The notes under the pieces were generated by a model that saw only the letters and a list, made by a program, of their open reading frames with translations, was not told where the DNA came from and ran no database searches. This document shows, piece by piece, positions 1-9,010 of a stretch of DNA of 64,000 bases. Position 1 is the first letter of the stretch, and the number at the start of each line of letters is the position of its first letter. Origin of the DNA: a virus; the IMG/VR virus record IMGVR_UViG_3300029791_000191. One strand, written 5' to 3'. Both the position numbers and the translations under genes were made by a program.

Positions 1-166
1 ATTATAAAGCAAATATATGAATTTGTTAAGACGTAAAGTGGAAATTAATCCTGCAGAATTACAGGGATAATCCACAGCTGGAAATTAGTTTTTCATTTAA
101 GTAGAGAGACTTTATGAATGTTTTGGAACTGAGGAGAGAATTGGATTAATTTGTCACATAAATGGC

Positions 167-364
167 ATGGAAATGGGGTGGATGAACTTTGTAATTGAAA
201 ATATATATGAAGAGGGAGATGTTGTAAGAGTAGAAACCGGAGATTCCTACATAAGACTGGAGCCGAAGCTTTATGAAGAGGTTCCAGTTGGAGAAGGGGA
301 AAAATTTGTTCATGGTAAAGATTATGTTATATTGTATAAAATGGAGGAAGAAGAGTGCTTTTAA
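167..364 (+). CDS. hypothetical small protein (65 aa)
   Basis: ORF overlapping ligA start by 10 nt; no recognisable motif. Confidence 0.3.
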   Translation: MEMGWMNFVIENIYEEGDVVRVETGDSYIRLEPKLYEEVPVGEGEKFVHGKDYVILYKMEEEECF

Positions 365-2400
365 AAGAAATGCGTGAATTAGTGGAAGAATTAAATATAT
401 ATGCTCATGCGTATTATATGGAAGATACTTCTCTAATTTCTGATTATGAATATGATAAAAAATATGATCGACTTAAAGAACTTGAGAAAGTTACAGGTAT
501 TATTTTAGCCAACAGTCCCACTATCAATGTTGGCTCAGAAACAGTTAGTGAGTTAGAAAAAGTCGAACATGATCATCCAATGTTGTCCTTAGACAAAACA
601 AAGGATATAAATGAAGTTGAAAGTTTTATGAATGGTTTGCCAGGATTAGCCATGCTAAAAATGGATGGGCTTACTATTTCAGTAAAATATATAGATGGTA
701 AATTGGTTGCTGCAGAAACTAGAGGGAATGGAATCATCGGAGAGAATGTTTTACATACAGCAAACAGTTTTGTAAATCTTCCAAAGGAAATTCCTTATAA
801 AGATGAAGTAGTAGTTGATGGAGAAGCTGTCATGGAAATCCATCATTATACTTATCTTAAAGAGCTAAAAGATATTGATCTGAAAAAAGATGGAGAAAGA
901 AAGGGACTTTTTGGTGAAGAATTAGAAAAATATATTAAAGATAATGGTATTAAGAATATCAGAAATTTAACTGCTGGCTCTGTTAGACAGCTTGATAACT
1001 CCGTTACAAAAGAAAGAAAAATCAAGTTCATTGCTTGGAAGGCCGTTCGTGGAATAGATGGAAATAGTTTCATGAAAAGATTACAGATATTAGATCTGTT
1101 AGGATTTGAAGTGGTCCCTTGGGTAAAAGTTGATAATATTGAAGAGAATATTAAAGAACTTAGAAAAACCGCAAGAGAAAAAGATGTTCCTATTGATGGA
1201 ATCGTATTTTCATATGATGATATTGATTATAGTGAAAGCTTAGGAAACACATCACATCATGTTCGATCACAATTGGCATATAAATTTGCAGATGATAAGT
1301 TTGAAACAGTAATTAGAGATGTGGAATGGAGCATGGGAAAGACTGGACAGTTGACACCTGTGGCAGTTTTTGATCCGGTTGAAATAGATGATACTATTGT
1401 TGAAAGAGCTAGCTTACATAATGTGAGTATTTTCAAAAGTTATGAACTGTCAGTAGGAGATACGATTACGGTATATAAGGCAAACATGATCATTCCGCAG
1501 ATCGCAGAGAATTTGACCAGAAACGGTGACAAATTGTTTACTGTGCCTGACAAGTGCCCTATTTGTGGTGGTCATGTAAAAATTACAGGTGAAAATGAGA
1601 CAGAAGAGCTTCAGTGCATGAACCTTGAATGTAAAGGGAAACTTCTTGGTGAATTATGTACTTTTGTAAGCAAAGAAGCACATGATATTACAGGGCTTTC
1701 TAAATCTACTCTGAGTCTATTAATAGAGAAAGAATTTATTAAAGGGCCTTTAGACTTATTTTATCTAAAAGACTGCCGGGGAATGTTAGTGACATTACAA
1801 GGGCTAGGAGCAAAAAAGGTTGATAAAATCCTGGAATCAATAGAAAAATGCCGCAAGACAACTCTGCCTAAATTCCTTTATGGGCTGTCCATACCTTTAA
1901 TCGGTCGAAGTGTTAGTAAGCAGCTAAACATTGTTGAAGAGAAGAGAGCAAGAGAAAAAGGGTTAAAAACAGCTTTTGATAGCTTTATTAAAGATATGGA
2001 TTCTCAGTATGATTTTACATGTTTGGAAGACTTTGGTTTTGCGAAAACTTCTTCTTTGAAAAATTATTTTGAAGAAAATCAAAGATACATAACTGAGCTT
2101 GCTGCGGAATTCCAGTTTGAAGAAATTTCTCAGGAGACGGTAAAAGATGTTTTGAATGGGGCAATATTCTGTATTACTGGGACACTCACCGAGTTTGCCA
2201 ATAGAGCAGCTCTAGTAGAGAAAATAGAGTCTCTTGGAGGTAAAGTCACAGGATCAGTAACTAAAAAAACTAACTACCTTATTAATAATGATACATTGTC
2301 AAAGAGTAGCAAGAATGTGAAAGCTATGCAGCTTGGTATCCCGATAATTTCAGAAAAAGAATTTTTAAACAAGTTTGTAAAAAAAGTGTTGACAAGGTAG
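355..2400 (+). CDS. ligA: NAD-dependent DNA ligase, phage-encoded copy
   Basis: GTG start with GGAGGAAG RBS at 343-350. N-terminal Ia region YYMEDTSLISDYEYD, adenylation lysine motif KMDG, Zn-finger CPICGGH, C-terminal BRCT (ITGTL..GGKVTGSVTKKTNYLINND). Long blocks identical to the host LigA at 56248 (e.g. GDTITVYKANMIIPQIAENLTR) despite different GC content. Confidence 0.85.
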   Translation: MLLKEMRELVEELNIYAHAYYMEDTSLISDYEYDKKYDRLKELEKVTGIILANSPTINVGSETVSELEKVEHDHPMLSLDKTKDINEVESFMNGLPGLAMLKMDGLTISVKYIDGKLVAAETRGNGIIGENVLHTANSFVNLPKEIPYKDEVVVDGEAVMEIHHYTYLKELKDIDLKKDGERKGLFGEELEKYIKDNGIKNIRNLTAGSVRQLDNSVTKERKIKFIAWKAVRGIDGNSFMKRLQILDLLGFEVVPWVKVDNIEENIKELRKTAREKDVPIDGIVFSYDDIDYSESLGNTSHHVRSQLAYKFADDKFETVIRDVEWSMGKTGQLTPVAVFDPVEIDDTIVERASLHNVSIFKSYELSVGDTITVYKANMIIPQIAENLTRNGDKLFTVPDKCPICGGHVKITGENETEELQCMNLECKGKLLGELCTFVSKEAHDITGLSKSTLSLLIEKEFIKGPLDLFYLKDCRGMLVTLQGLGAKKVDKILESIEKCRKTTLPKFLYGLSIPLIGRSVSKQLNIVEEKRAREKGLKTAFDSFIKDMDSQYDFTCLEDFGFAKTSSLKNYFEENQRYITELAAEFQFEEISQETVKDVLNGAIFCITGTLTEFANRAALVEKIESLGGKVTGSVTKKTNYLINNDTLSKSSKNVKAMQLGIPIISEKEFLNKFVKKVLTR

Positions 2401-2416
2401 AATGACTATGGTATAC
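2388..2416 (+). promoter_or_regulatory. sigma70-like promoter TTGACA-17-TATACT overlapping the ligA 3' end, preceded by the AACAAGTTTGTAAAAAA motif (2368-2385)
   Basis: TTGACA at 2388-2393, 17-nt spacer, TATACT at 2411-2416. Confidence 0.5.
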
Positions 2417-2457
2417 TTAGAGCAAGTTAAGAGAAAGGAGAACAGTTTCAAGCAATA

Positions 2458-2507
2458 AACAAGTTTGTAAAAAACTTGTTGACACAGAATACGGAGTATG
2501 TTATAAT
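2458..2507 (+). promoter_or_regulatory. Consensus sigma70 promoter TTGACA-18-TATAAT with upstream inverted repeat AACAAGT..ACTTGTT (second copy of the AACAAGTTTGTAAAAAA motif)
   Basis: TTGACA 2478-2483, TATAAT 2502-2507; motif AACAAGTTTGTAAAAAACTTGTT at 2458-2480; lies upstream of the 2534 ORF. Confidence 0.6.
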
Positions 2508-2533
2508 ACATATATCACAAAAGGAAGAGGAAA

Positions 2534-3169
2534 ATGAGATATGTTTTAGAAAGTGAAAAATATCCTGGAAATTATTTGGTGTTTAAACATGGAAGTCCTC
2601 CTCATGTGGTGGATTTAAAATCTGCTCAGAAGTTTGACAATGTACCGAAAGCTTTAAACAGGATATCAACAATTCCTAAAAATTTAAGCATATACGCCCC
2701 TTGGAAAGTAACATCAGTTGATGAGAGAGTTGGTTTTGTACAGCAGAATAAATCTCTTGTAGAGATTGGTGATTATAAAAAGAAAATAGATGACAGCATA
2801 TTGCCTATTAAAGAAATATTAGGTAATAGAAAACCTTTAGAAAAACAGCTAAAGGAACTGGAGCTTATATCTCAGGATCTTGATCACTATATAGAATTTA
2901 ATAAACTGAATGTTACTTCTGGATATTGGGCCTATAAAATAAAAAAAGCAATTAGAGAGAAACGAAGAAGTATAAAAGAAGATCTATATTATATAGATTA
3001 TCTTCAGACAGCTTCATTACCTCAAATTGTAAACGGGGAAGGGAGGCCTAATTTAGATAATCAAAAATATCGAATTAGATCAGATATTGGACAAGAGTTT
3101 TTTAATCAGAAGTACATATCTAAAGAAATAGCAGAGAAGATTTGCAAAGAAATAGAGGAGATTACATAA
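2534..3169 (+). CDS. hypothetical protein (211 aa)
   Basis: ORF with RBS AAGGAAGAGG upstream; no recognisable motif. Confidence 0.45.
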   Translation: MRYVLESEKYPGNYLVFKHGSPPHVVDLKSAQKFDNVPKALNRISTIPKNLSIYAPWKVTSVDERVGFVQQNKSLVEIGDYKKKIDDSILPIKEILGNRKPLEKQLKELELISQDLDHYIEFNKLNVTSGYWAYKIKKAIREKRRSIKEDLYYIDYLQTASLPQIVNGEGRPNLDNQKYRIRSDIGQEFFNQKYISKEIAEKICKEIEEIT

Positions 3170-4074
3170 TGAATGAATTAATTATGCTGGTAGGTTTACC
3201 TGCTTCCGGTAAAAGTACATGGGCTAAAGAGTATTCAGAAACTCATCCTGATTATATAGTGCACTCTTCTGATAAACTCAGAGAAGAAATGTATGGAGAT
3301 AATTATGATGACGCAGACAACAGTAAAGTATTTGAAGAACTGCATCGTAGAATACTGGAAGATTTGAAAATGCATTCGGTTATTTATGATGCTACTAATT
3401 TGGTAAAGAAAAGAAGAGTGCATTTTTTAAAAGGAGTTCCTAAACATGTTTATAAAACATGTATTATGTTTTTGAAAACGTATGAAAAATGTTTAAAGGA
3501 TAACTCAAAAAGGGAAAATTCAGTTCCAGACGAAGTGATTACAAGAATGAGGAAAGTATTTTCTCCACCAATGTACCATGAAGGGTTCAATGAAATTAGA
3601 GTTGTACAAGATGATCATAAAGATATAAAAGAATTAATAGATATGGCTCGTGACTTCGATCAAGAGAATCCACATCATTCTCTTACTCTTTATGAACATC
3701 TGAAAAAGGTTTCAGAAGGAGTACCTAGAGAAGAAAAAAATTTATGGGTGGCGGCCTGTCTCCATGATATTGGAAAGCTTTTCACTAAATCAAGAATTAA
3801 TGGAAAAGGTGAAGAGGATGATTACTGTCACTATTATCAACATCATTGTGTTGGAGCTTATGAATGTTTAACATGTTTTGATTTTTCCGGTGCACTTACA
3901 GGAAAAGATATATATGATGCTTTTTATACAGCAAATTTGATTTATTATCATATGCATCCCTATTTATCATGGTCGCAATCAAACAAGGCAAAGAATAAAG
4001 ATAAGTATTTAATTGGAAAACAGATGTTTTCAGATGTGATGTTATTACATGAAGCAGATGTTAAAGGGCATTGA
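3169..4074 (+). CDS. polynucleotide 5'-kinase (P-loop) fused to a C-terminal HD-domain phosphohydrolase, Pnkp-like end-healing enzyme
   Basis: ATG at 3169 after RBS AGAGGAG (ATAATG stop-start overlap). N-terminus LIMLVGLPASGKSTWAKEY resembles the T4 Pnk kinase Walker A; C-terminal half has the HD signature (AACLHDIGK) and further His/Asp residues. Confidence 0.6.
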   Translation: MNELIMLVGLPASGKSTWAKEYSETHPDYIVHSSDKLREEMYGDNYDDADNSKVFEELHRRILEDLKMHSVIYDATNLVKKRRVHFLKGVPKHVYKTCIMFLKTYEKCLKDNSKRENSVPDEVITRMRKVFSPPMYHEGFNEIRVVQDDHKDIKELIDMARDFDQENPHHSLTLYEHLKKVSEGVPREEKNLWVAACLHDIGKLFTKSRINGKGEEDDYCHYYQHHCVGAYECLTCFDFSGALTGKDIYDAFYTANLIYYHMHPYLSWSQSNKAKNKDKYLIGKQMFSDVMLLHEADVKGH

Positions 4075-4114
4075 TTTTCGATATAAACAATGATATAAAA
4101 CAGGAGAATAAAAA

Positions 4115-5215
4115 ATGAGAATTATTAAGGTAGGAAACACATTTAGAACTTACGACGATTCATTAGAAACTTTCGACAAGCTTCCGGCTCAGAATTATGT
4201 CGTGAGGTTTCAAAAGAATTCTGGTTTCTTTTTAGAAAAATATGCAGACATAGAAATCAAAGAAAAAACCTACGGAGTACATATGAGTAAGGTTGAAAAA
4301 GTTCTTAAGGCTTTTCCAAAAGCAGAAAAGAACCTTGGCGTTATCCTGTCAGGCAATAAAGGAATCGGCAAATCATTGTTTGCAAAGACATTGGCTGTGG
4401 AAGCAACAAAAGTTGGTTTACCAGTTATCATTGTAGACACGTATATTCCTGGAATTGCAAGTTTCATAGAAGAAATTGAACAGGAAGTAATGATACTGTT
4501 TGATGAATTTGATAAAACATTTGGCAGTATTAAAGCTGCTGATGGCATGGCAGATCCTCAAACAGAAATGCTTACATTGTTTGATGGATTGTCTCAAGGG
4601 AAGAAAATGTTTGTGATTACTTGTAATGACCTCAACTCGTTAAATAGTTATTTAGTAAACAGACCTGGAAGATTCCACTATCATTTTAGATTTGAGTATC
4701 CGTCAGATGCTGAAATTACAGAGTACTTAGAAGATAAGTTAGATAAACAGTATTACAGTGAAATTGAAAAAGTAATTTCTTTCGCTCACAAAGTAGATTT
4801 AAACTATGACTGCCTGAGAGCAATTGCATTCGAGTTGAATTTTGGAGAGCCTTTTGAGATAGCAATCAAAGATTTGAACATTATTAATCTGAATAGTGTT
4901 ATATATGAAGTCATTTTACATCTTGAAGATGGTTCTGAAGCAACTACAAAATTGACTATTGATTTCTTTGATAAGAGCGCAACGATTGAACCAGAATTCT
5001 GCTTTAAAGGAACCTATGTAGATGCTTCTTGTAAAGTTCTTGATTGTGAGTTTGATCATAAAAAAGGCATCATTTATGTATCTGGAAATGATATTAAATT
5101 AGAAAGTGATAATTACTACAATGATGAAGAAGATAAAAAGATCATCAAAACAATGAAGCCAGCATATATGACTTTTGTAAGAGCAAAAAGTAGAGAATTG
5201 CATTATGCAGTATAA
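4115..5215 (+). CDS. classical-clade AAA+ ATPase (366 aa)
   Basis: Walker A GNKGIGKS, Walker B ILFDEFDK, sensor-2-like VNRPGRFHY. Confidence 0.55.
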   Translation: MRIIKVGNTFRTYDDSLETFDKLPAQNYVVRFQKNSGFFLEKYADIEIKEKTYGVHMSKVEKVLKAFPKAEKNLGVILSGNKGIGKSLFAKTLAVEATKVGLPVIIVDTYIPGIASFIEEIEQEVMILFDEFDKTFGSIKAADGMADPQTEMLTLFDGLSQGKKMFVITCNDLNSLNSYLVNRPGRFHYHFRFEYPSDAEITEYLEDKLDKQYYSEIEKVISFAHKVDLNYDCLRAIAFELNFGEPFEIAIKDLNIINLNSVIYEVILHLEDGSEATTKLTIDFFDKSATIEPEFCFKGTYVDASCKVLDCEFDHKKGIIYVSGNDIKLESDNYYNDEEDKKIIKTMKPAYMTFVRAKSRELHYAV

Positions 5216-5251
5216 ATAATCTGTATATAGATACCTTCATAGGTATCTATA

Positions 5252-5324
5252 GAGGGTAGTGGCCAAGCGGTAAGGCACAGCACTTTGACTGCTGCATTCA
5301 TGGGTTCGAATCCCATCTACCCCG
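5252..5324 (+). tRNA. tRNA-Gln (anticodon UUG)
   Basis: Hand-folded cloverleaf: anticodon stem CAGCA/TGCTG with loop CTTTGAC, T arm ATGGG-TTCGAAT-CCCAT, 7-bp acceptor with a 1:72 mismatch; 5' boundary +/-1 nt. Confidence 0.65.
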
Positions 5325-5745
5325 TAGTTCTAAGTTAGCTCTGAAGGCCAAAGAGGTAACCGATAGAACTAAGGTATACCTACTTATGTTCATGGCGAAC
5401 ATAGATAAAACTTAAGTGAAAATTTGGATGGTTTAATAACTGGAACCTGTTCAAAAAAGGGAACACAGTACATTGGTAGCAATGGTTTGAATGTACAAAA
5501 CATTTATATAGATGTGCTTTGTGCTAATGAGGTTGTAAGTGGGAAGTTGGAGGATGATCTGGTTAAGCAGATGTGTAGATTAGTTATGAAGCAAAAAAGT
5601 AATTGAGTCAGTGAGGTAGAAATAATGTGGGAGGGCTTTTGAGAGTGATGACGATCGTTCGTGTAACTGACACGATTGCATAAAAGTTTTTTACAGATAT
5701 TGTTACATTTCTATATTGTGGGTGTAATTATAACGCCCACTACAT

Positions 5746-5819
5746 GGAAACTTAGCTCAGTTGGTTAGAGCAACCGGCTCATAACCGGTCGGTCCTGGGT
5801 TCGAGTCCCAGAGTTTCCA
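5746..5819 (+). tRNA. tRNA-Met (anticodon CAU; could be initiator, elongator or Ile-lysidine type)
   Basis: Perfect acceptor GGAAACT/AGTTTCC, D arm GCTC-AGTTGGTTAG-AGC, anticodon stem ACCGG/CCGGT with loop CTCATAA, T arm CTGGG-TTCGAGT-CCCAG. Confidence 0.75.
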
Positions 5820-6042
5820 TTTCTCCTGACGAAGGAGTGACTTTTGAGAGCTCTAATTTTCAATAGTAAAGAGCCGTTGCTGATTTGGTAGTGAGAATCA
5901 GATGGCGCTGGAAAGACAGATAGTTTTTGAGATGTTTTGTAATGAGACAAACATTCAGCTTTAGAGAAAATGTAGGGAATTGAGCTGATCAAAGAACACA
6001 TAATCCTGTTGTGACTGCAGCATGACAGGTCATGCATGAAAA

Positions 6043-6117
6043 GTGATAAGTAGCTCAGTTGGGAGAAAGAGCGCACTACAAAAGTGAGGTCGGTGGTTCG
6101 AGTCCACTCTTATCACA
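6043..6117 (+). tRNA. tRNA-like gene with aberrant D and anticodon arms (possible degenerate or unusual tRNA; anticodon not assignable by eye)
   Basis: 8-bp acceptor complementarity GTGATAAG/CTTATCAC, D stem GCTC..GAGC with 12-nt loop, canonical T arm GGTGG-TTCGAGT-CCACT and variable AGGTC as in tRNA-Ile/Ala. Only 13 nt remain for the anticodon arm, where 17 are expected. Confidence 0.4.
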
Positions 6118-6158
6118 GGCAATTAAATTAAAGTTTAAAATTCAGGAGGTATTTATCA

Positions 6159-6796
6159 TGACAACAGAAAAAATGAATGTACACAAAGCATTAGCGGAAC
6201 TGAAGATCTTAGATGATCGTATTGTAAAAGCAATTAACAGTGTAGAAGCTTGTATTTCAAATAAGCATTCTAACACAAAAGTCAAAGGTGTAGATATCAA
6301 AGTTTACACAGGGGTTATGAAATCTTCTTATGATAAAGCAACTGATTTAATCAAGAGAAGAGAAGCTATTAAAAGAGCTGTAGTTCTTTCAAATGCAGTA
6401 ACTAAAGTCACTGTTGCTGATAAAGAGTATACAGTAGCTGAAGCTATTGAAATGAAAAATCATGGAATGGACTTCAAGAAACTTTTAAAACAGAAAATCA
6501 AAAAACAGTATGATGCTGCTATGGCTCAGATCATAACTGAGAATGGTAAATTGGAAGATAAAGCTGAAAATTATGTTGTAGGGCTCTATGGTAGCAAAGA
6601 AGGTAAAACCTCTACTGAAGAGTTTACAAAAACTAGAGAAGCTTATATAGAAGCTCAGACAATGGAACTTGTTGATCCAATTGGTGTTCTTAAAGAAATG
6701 GAGGATTTAGAAACAGAAATTGCAGAATTTACTGCTGAAGTAGATGCGGCACTTTCAGTAAGTAATTCTCTGACAGAAATAGAAATTACATACTAA
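6159..6796 (+). CDS. hypothetical protein (about 212 aa from the ATG at 6159)
   Basis: RBS AGGAGG 7 nt before ATG 6159; the track ORF begins upstream and overlaps the tRNA-like gene, so the later start is preferred. Confidence 0.45.
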
Positions 6797-7238
6797 GATA
6801 TATTCACTGCTTATCGAAAACTTTAAACTATAATCTATATGTCTTTTTAGCTGGGTTAGACATATATAAAACAATAAAGAAACCACAGCATTACTTATAC
6901 AGTAGATAATAGTATAAAATACAAAATGGATTAGGATTACGTGGTCGTATAGGACCTGTAAGCTTAATATATTATATTATTGGATGAGGCAGATAGCCAT
7001 AGTACTGTAAAGTTCAAAGATTAAAACTCAAATCTTAAAATTCAAAATTCAAAGTTTATCCCAGTTTAAAGATTAAAGAATAAAGCATAAAGAATAAAGA
7101 TTTATCAAATCCTTGGTAAAAGTTTATGAGCATGATTATACTTGGCTCTTAGTTTGTACAAGGCTGGTAAGTAGTGAATAAGTAAATATAATAGTCGCTT
7201 TCATTATTAACAATTGGCAGTTGAACTGCCAGTTGTAC
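6797..7238. repeat. 440-bp AT-rich noncoding region with short direct repeats (AAAGAATAAAG, TTAAAATTCAAAATTCAAAG)
   Basis: No ORF; iterated A-rich motifs between a CDS and tRNA-Leu. Confidence 0.4.
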
Positions 7239-7320
7239 CCACCCATGGTGGAATTGGCAGACACGTTAGATTTAGGTTCTAATGCTTAATAGCGTGAGAG
7301 TTCGAGTCTCTCTGGGTGGA
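7239..7320 (+). tRNA. tRNA-Leu (anticodon UAG), type II with long variable arm
   Basis: Acceptor CCACCCA/TGGGTGG, anticodon stem TTAGA/TCTAA with loop TTTAGGT, variable arm TGCTTAATAGCG, T arm GAGAG-TTCGAGT-CTCTC. Confidence 0.7.
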
Positions 7321-7344
7321 TTAATAAATAGAAAGGAGTAAAAA

Positions 7345-7944
7345 ATGTTTCAAGTAGGAGATATAGTACAAGTAATAATAGTGCCTAAAAAATATAAACA
7401 ATATGATATTGCAGGTGCTACAGGCGTTGTAAAAACAGTTTATTCTAACAATATAAGAATACATATCTCTAGTTATTACAATGAAGAATCAGAAGAAGGA
7501 GATTTTTATTTTAAAGAAAATGAGCTAAATAATTTTACAAGAAAGGAAAATGATATGTCAATTATAGAACTTTGGGAGAAAAGAAGTATTGAAAAGATTG
7601 ATAAGGAAGCTGAAATTAAATTAATGGAATTGCTTGCAGAAGATGAATATACTCATGATTTAATTTTACACATGAATGATCTAAAAGATGCCGGGTTTAA
7701 AGTTGAAATACCAAATAATATTTATGATATGACTTCTGATTATACCAGAGGAATGAGAACTATTACTTTAAGTTCAGCAGAAGAGAAAAAAGTTGAAATT
7801 AAAAAAGTAGCAGAAGAAGTTGGTGTCTTATTAGAGATGTGTAAAGGAGACGTTGTTAAAGAAATGGAGATTCTTTGTAGCTATAGAGTTGTAGAGTACC
7901 CATTCGGGAGAATGACTGTTGGAGGTAATGCTTGTGGGAAATAA
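7345..7944 (+). CDS. hypothetical protein (199 aa)
   Basis: RBS AAAGGAG upstream; no motif recognised. Confidence 0.45.
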   Translation: MFQVGDIVQVIIVPKKYKQYDIAGATGVVKTVYSNNIRIHISSYYNEESEEGDFYFKENELNNFTRKENDMSIIELWEKRSIEKIDKEAEIKLMELLAEDEYTHDLILHMNDLKDAGFKVEIPNNIYDMTSDYTRGMRTITLSSAEEKKVEIKKVAEEVGVLLEMCKGDVVKEMEILCSYRVVEYPFGRMTVGGNACGK

Positions 7945-8494
7945 AAAGAAAGTTCTGATTGTAGTTGATGTGCAGAATGATTTTGTAACTGGCTCACTAG
8001 GTACGCCGGAAGCTCAAGCTATTGTACCTAAAATTAAAGAAAAGTTTGAAGAATATAAAAATAATGGGGATTATGTAGTGTATACAATGGATACACATAA
8101 TTCAGATTATTTGAATACTTCTGAGGGTAAAAAACTTCCTGTTGAACATTGTATATATCGAACTTCAGGGTGGGAGGTTATAGATGAAATTCATCCTGTA
8201 AAAAATAATTATAACAATTTTATGGTATGTAAAAAGTCAACTTTTGGTTATGAAGGCTGGGATTGGGAAGAAATATTTGGGACAGACAGTGATATAGACA
8301 ATTTAAACATTGAAATCATAGGTGTGTGTACAGACATCTGCGTTATCACAAATGCTCTTCTTATCAAAACTTATTATCCGGAGGCAGAGATCACAGTAGA
8401 TGCGTCATGTTGCGCTGGAACTACACCGGAGAAGCATAAAGCAGCTTTAGAGGTGATGAAAAGTTGTCAGATTAATGTGATAGGAGAGAAATAA
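7934..8494 (+). CDS. pncA: isochorismatase-family hydrolase, nicotinamidase (PncA)-like
   Basis: VLIVVDVQNDF N-terminal signature and catalytic-cysteine context GVCTDICV. Start ambiguous: GTG 7934 after GGAGGT, or TTG 7919. Confidence 0.65.
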   Translation: MGNKKKVLIVVDVQNDFVTGSLGTPEAQAIVPKIKEKFEEYKNNGDYVVYTMDTHNSDYLNTSEGKKLPVEHCIYRTSGWEVIDEIHPVKNNYNNFMVCKKSTFGYEGWDWEEIFGTDSDIDNLNIEIIGVCTDICVITNALLIKTYYPEAEITVDASCCAGTTPEKHKAALEVMKSCQINVIGEK

Positions 8495-8495
8495 G

Positions 8496-8957
8496 ATGGT
8501 AGGAGAAAATACTGTGGAAATGAAGAAATTAGAAGAAATTACATTAGAGGATATTCAGAACTACTTACGTAAATATGACTGTGATGGAGTGATCACTACA
8601 AAACTTGTTGAAAAAAACAATACAGAAACCTTACAAGTATTTGAGTTTGATGGGCTTTATGACGATACTATTTGGGTGTGCTCAATTTATAAAAATGAGG
8701 ATAATGATTTTTATATAAAAACAGCTGACGCAACCTCACCGTTTAATCATGCAGATGGCGTTGAATACGATGATAAAGAAAATGAACTGTTTAAGATTAG
8801 TACAATTGTCGCAGGATTATTAAGCGAAGCGAAAACTTCATTATGTGAATCTATTGATTACTTTCAAAGACAGGTGGATTTTATTAATAATTTCTGCAAT
8901 GGTAATCATTTGAATAATCCGTCTGTAATAACTACCTGTGATATTGAGCATAAGTAA
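8496..8957 (+). CDS. hypothetical protein (153 aa)
   Basis: ORF only. Confidence 0.4.
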   Translation: MVGENTVEMKKLEEITLEDIQNYLRKYDCDGVITTKLVEKNNTETLQVFEFDGLYDDTIWVCSIYKNEDNDFYIKTADATSPFNHADGVEYDDKENELFKISTIVAGLLSEAKTSLCESIDYFQRQVDFINNFCNGNHLNNPSVITTCDIEHK

Positions 8958-9010
8958 AAGTTAAGTAAGGATTATTAAACAGTAAGAAATAAATTATAAG
9001 GAGATTTGGA

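Noticed and set aside
852-1073. Antisense ORFs within both ligA genes and the P-type ATPase (e.g. 852-1073, 17264-17566, 18776-19144, 57069-57374)
   Set aside because: All lie opposite strongly supported long genes with recognisable domains; typical shadow ORFs.
5765-6076. 103-aa minus-strand ORF spanning the tRNA-Met and tRNA-like genes
   Set aside because: Overlaps two tRNA genes and noncoding spacer; composition-driven artefact.
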